Positions 44,931 to 46,489 of a stretch of 46,489 nucleotides of DNA are shown piece after piece. The position numbers were made by a program, and so were the translations under genes. The notes under the pieces are model-generated. The model was not told where the DNA came from. It saw nothing but the letters and a program-made list of their open reading frames with translations, and ran no database searches. This DNA is from Candidatus Vogelbacteria bacterium CG10_big_fil_rev_8_21_14_0_10_51_16 (GTDB lineage Bacteria > Patescibacteriota > Minisyncoccia > Phycocordibacterales > JACRKE01), in contig PCYI01000001.1 in assembly GCA_002774795.1 (NCBI GenBank), forward strand, positions 12,116 through 58,604. Direction: 5' to 3'. The stretch's first letter is position 1. Each line of letters begins with the position of its first letter.

Positions 44931-46100
44931 TTATGCAGTACGACGAATCGTCCAAAGGTACGAGCCACCCAAGATTCCCGCAAGCAAGGCTAGCAAAATC
45001 AAGGGTAACATTTCACGCACCCCTCCGCCGGCTCCCGTATTTGGGATACCGGGCAAATCATCTCCGGTTCCCGCCGCGGCGAGTACGGTTACAGCACATG
45101 AGTCACTCTGCCCGGCACTCGTAACTGTTACCAAACTCACCGTCGGTGTCCCGTAGGTCACCGTAAACTGCGCGCCATTCGGGTCGGTGATGATTAAGTC
45201 CGCCGAAGACCAGGTGTAGGTTCCATTTCCTCCGGAACCAGTGAGTGTCACCGGTTGGCCAACCAAAGTTGTGATAGCTTTCGGGCTACAAGCAACAGGA
45301 ACGAAGGCCCCCGGAGCCGGCTCGAAGTCATAAGTGGTAAGCGCGGTCGTGGTTGCTCCTGAAGAGAAGACAGCCTGACCCAGAGTTATATTGTCGACAT
45401 TGCCGACAAAGTTTGCCCAAGGCGCACCACAACCGGACGCAAGCCTAAGAGCTCCAGTACTGTTTTGACCGTTGTTTATAATCCTAGAGTTTGGCTGAGC
45501 CGAAAGATAGGCTCCGATAGATTTTACTCCAACCCCCGCAGTAGCACCCGCTATGCCGTTTGCCGACCACCAACCTCCAGTACGAGCGTTCCACTCCTGC
45601 CAGATTCCAGACATCACGCTACCTTGCATGGGCAAACCGGTAAGCGAGCTATTCTGGAAGGCCGGCTCGAAGACAAGCTGGTCGTCCACGATGCCATCGT
45701 TGTTGTGGTCAATGTTCAGGATCACGTATGGCGCTTGACTACCCTGTCCCGGAGTCTCAATAAAGGTCGCATACCGAAGGTCGGTAATATTTTCCAGGCG
45801 CACTCCATTCCAATTCATCTGACCAAGAGCTTGACGCGAGTTGCCATTTAAGCCAACTCTCTGCTCCAAACTTCCAACACCGAGGGGTGTCGTTCCCGGA
45901 CCCACTTCAAACGCCTGTGCCCCGGTGAGAGAGGTGGCGCTACAGGCATCGGCCTGGAATAGCCATCCCTGTTGTCCGCCGCTGTTCACGTTGACGGTGG
46001 CCGCCTGTGCCGGTAGAGCCGCCGTGAGCGAGAGCAAGCCGCCGACCACAAACGTCGCCACTAGGCCACTCAACCACTGTTTTTGTTTCTGTGTGTTCAT
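44931..46100 (-). CDS. Secreted surface protein with a C-terminal sortase sorting signal (IPNTG plus TM plus RRTA)
   Basis: Signal peptide ...LTAALPAQA. The C-terminus is LPGIPNTGAGGG-hydrophobic helix-RRTA. An Ig-like segment precedes the sorting signal. Confidence 0.75.
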   Translation of the reverse strand: MNTQKQKQWLSGLVATFVVGGLLSLTAALPAQAATVNVNSGGQQGWLFQADACSATSLTGAQAFEVGPGTTPLGVGSLEQRVGLNGNSRQALGQMNWNGVRLENITDLRYATFIETPGQGSQAPYVILNIDHNNDGIVDDQLVFEPAFQNSSLTGLPMQGSVMSGIWQEWNARTGGWWSANGIAGATAGVGVKSIGAYLSAQPNSRIINNGQNSTGALRLASGCGAPWANFVGNVDNITLGQAVFSSGATTTALTTYDFEPAPGAFVPVACSPKAITTLVGQPVTLTGSGGNGTYTWSSADLIITDPNGAQFTVTYGTPTVSLVTVTSAGQSDSCAVTVLAAAGTGDDLPGIPNTGAGGGVREMLPLILLALLAGILGGSYLWTIRRTA

Positions 46101-46489
46101 AATTCACTATAGTATTTAACTGATAAACTGGTATTATCATCGACCTCAAACTCGGCGCCGTGATACAGTCGAGCTTGCGTAATACTTGTACATGATGACG
46201 AAGCGCAACAGGCATACTTACCGTCACTCACACAGCGAACACATACTCCAGAATGGTCAAAGAAAACATCTCGGCCAACAGATGACACAGTAAAGACCGG
46301 TTTTAATGCCGGTTTATTGAAGAAAACAAAAAAAGTCCGAGATAAGACTGTAGAAAAAGTAAGCACCCTACAGGGCGAGTCCTCTATTTGAAAGACAAAC
46401 AAGGAGACGTGTCGTAAAAACGTCACACAAGCACGAAATCATAAAGCTGGACTCTTCGGAGTTTCTTGGGGTATTAAGTGTGGTTGCTC

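Overview
46.5-kb gene-dense chromosomal window dominated by core information-processing genes. Minus strand: rpoB-rpoC-dnaG-rpoD, rpsP-KH-trmD, rpmF, a nusB-Nudix fusion, rnc, a short SMC-like ATPase and rnhB. Plus strand: tgt, ogt, an Fe/Mn-SOD-like gene, a DsbA-like gene, rnr, dnaE and thrS. Also present: an ECF sigma/anti-sigma pair, a Phd/YefM-PemK/MazF toxin-antitoxin pair, a DUF3095/cyclase-like gene, a guanylate-kinase-like gene, an SDR, and a sortase with an IPNTG-anchored surface protein. Compact protein versions, sparse Shine-Dalgarno use and the gene repertoire fit a small-genome CPR/Patescibacteria-like bacterium; this is inference only. I found no rRNA, tRNA or CRISPR array. The unusual content is the repeat population. 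Nearly every intergenic spacer holds members of several sequence-conserved palindromic families. Family A is a GC-palindrome MITE with perfect 7-bp target-site duplications. Family B is a CACAAA/ACTCCAAA plus hairpin element. Family C is a 162-bp rod-like structured repeat bracketing trmD. Family D is four GTCCGCG units phased every 10-11 bp. There are also perfect palindromes whose arms are the DnaA-box consensus, CTACTGC heptamer arrays abutting start codons, and three families of re-used terminator hairpins. Copies or relatives of these elements sit in frame inside essential genes: tgt twice (once between its zinc ligands) and trmD. dnaE additionally carries an in-frame 93-bp tandem repeat not assigned to any of these families. 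This resembles the palindromic-element-in-ORF phenomenon described in Rickettsia. Other items worth follow-up: an SMC-head protein with a central CxxC hook-like motif instead of a hinge, the NusB-Nudix fusion, a TA cassette inserted beside a duplicated 5-prime end of the DUF3095 gene, a guanylate-kinase-like ORF whose P-loop lies upstream of any canonical start and in frame with the preceding gene's TAG, and two high-GC islands encoding orphan secreted or membrane proteins.
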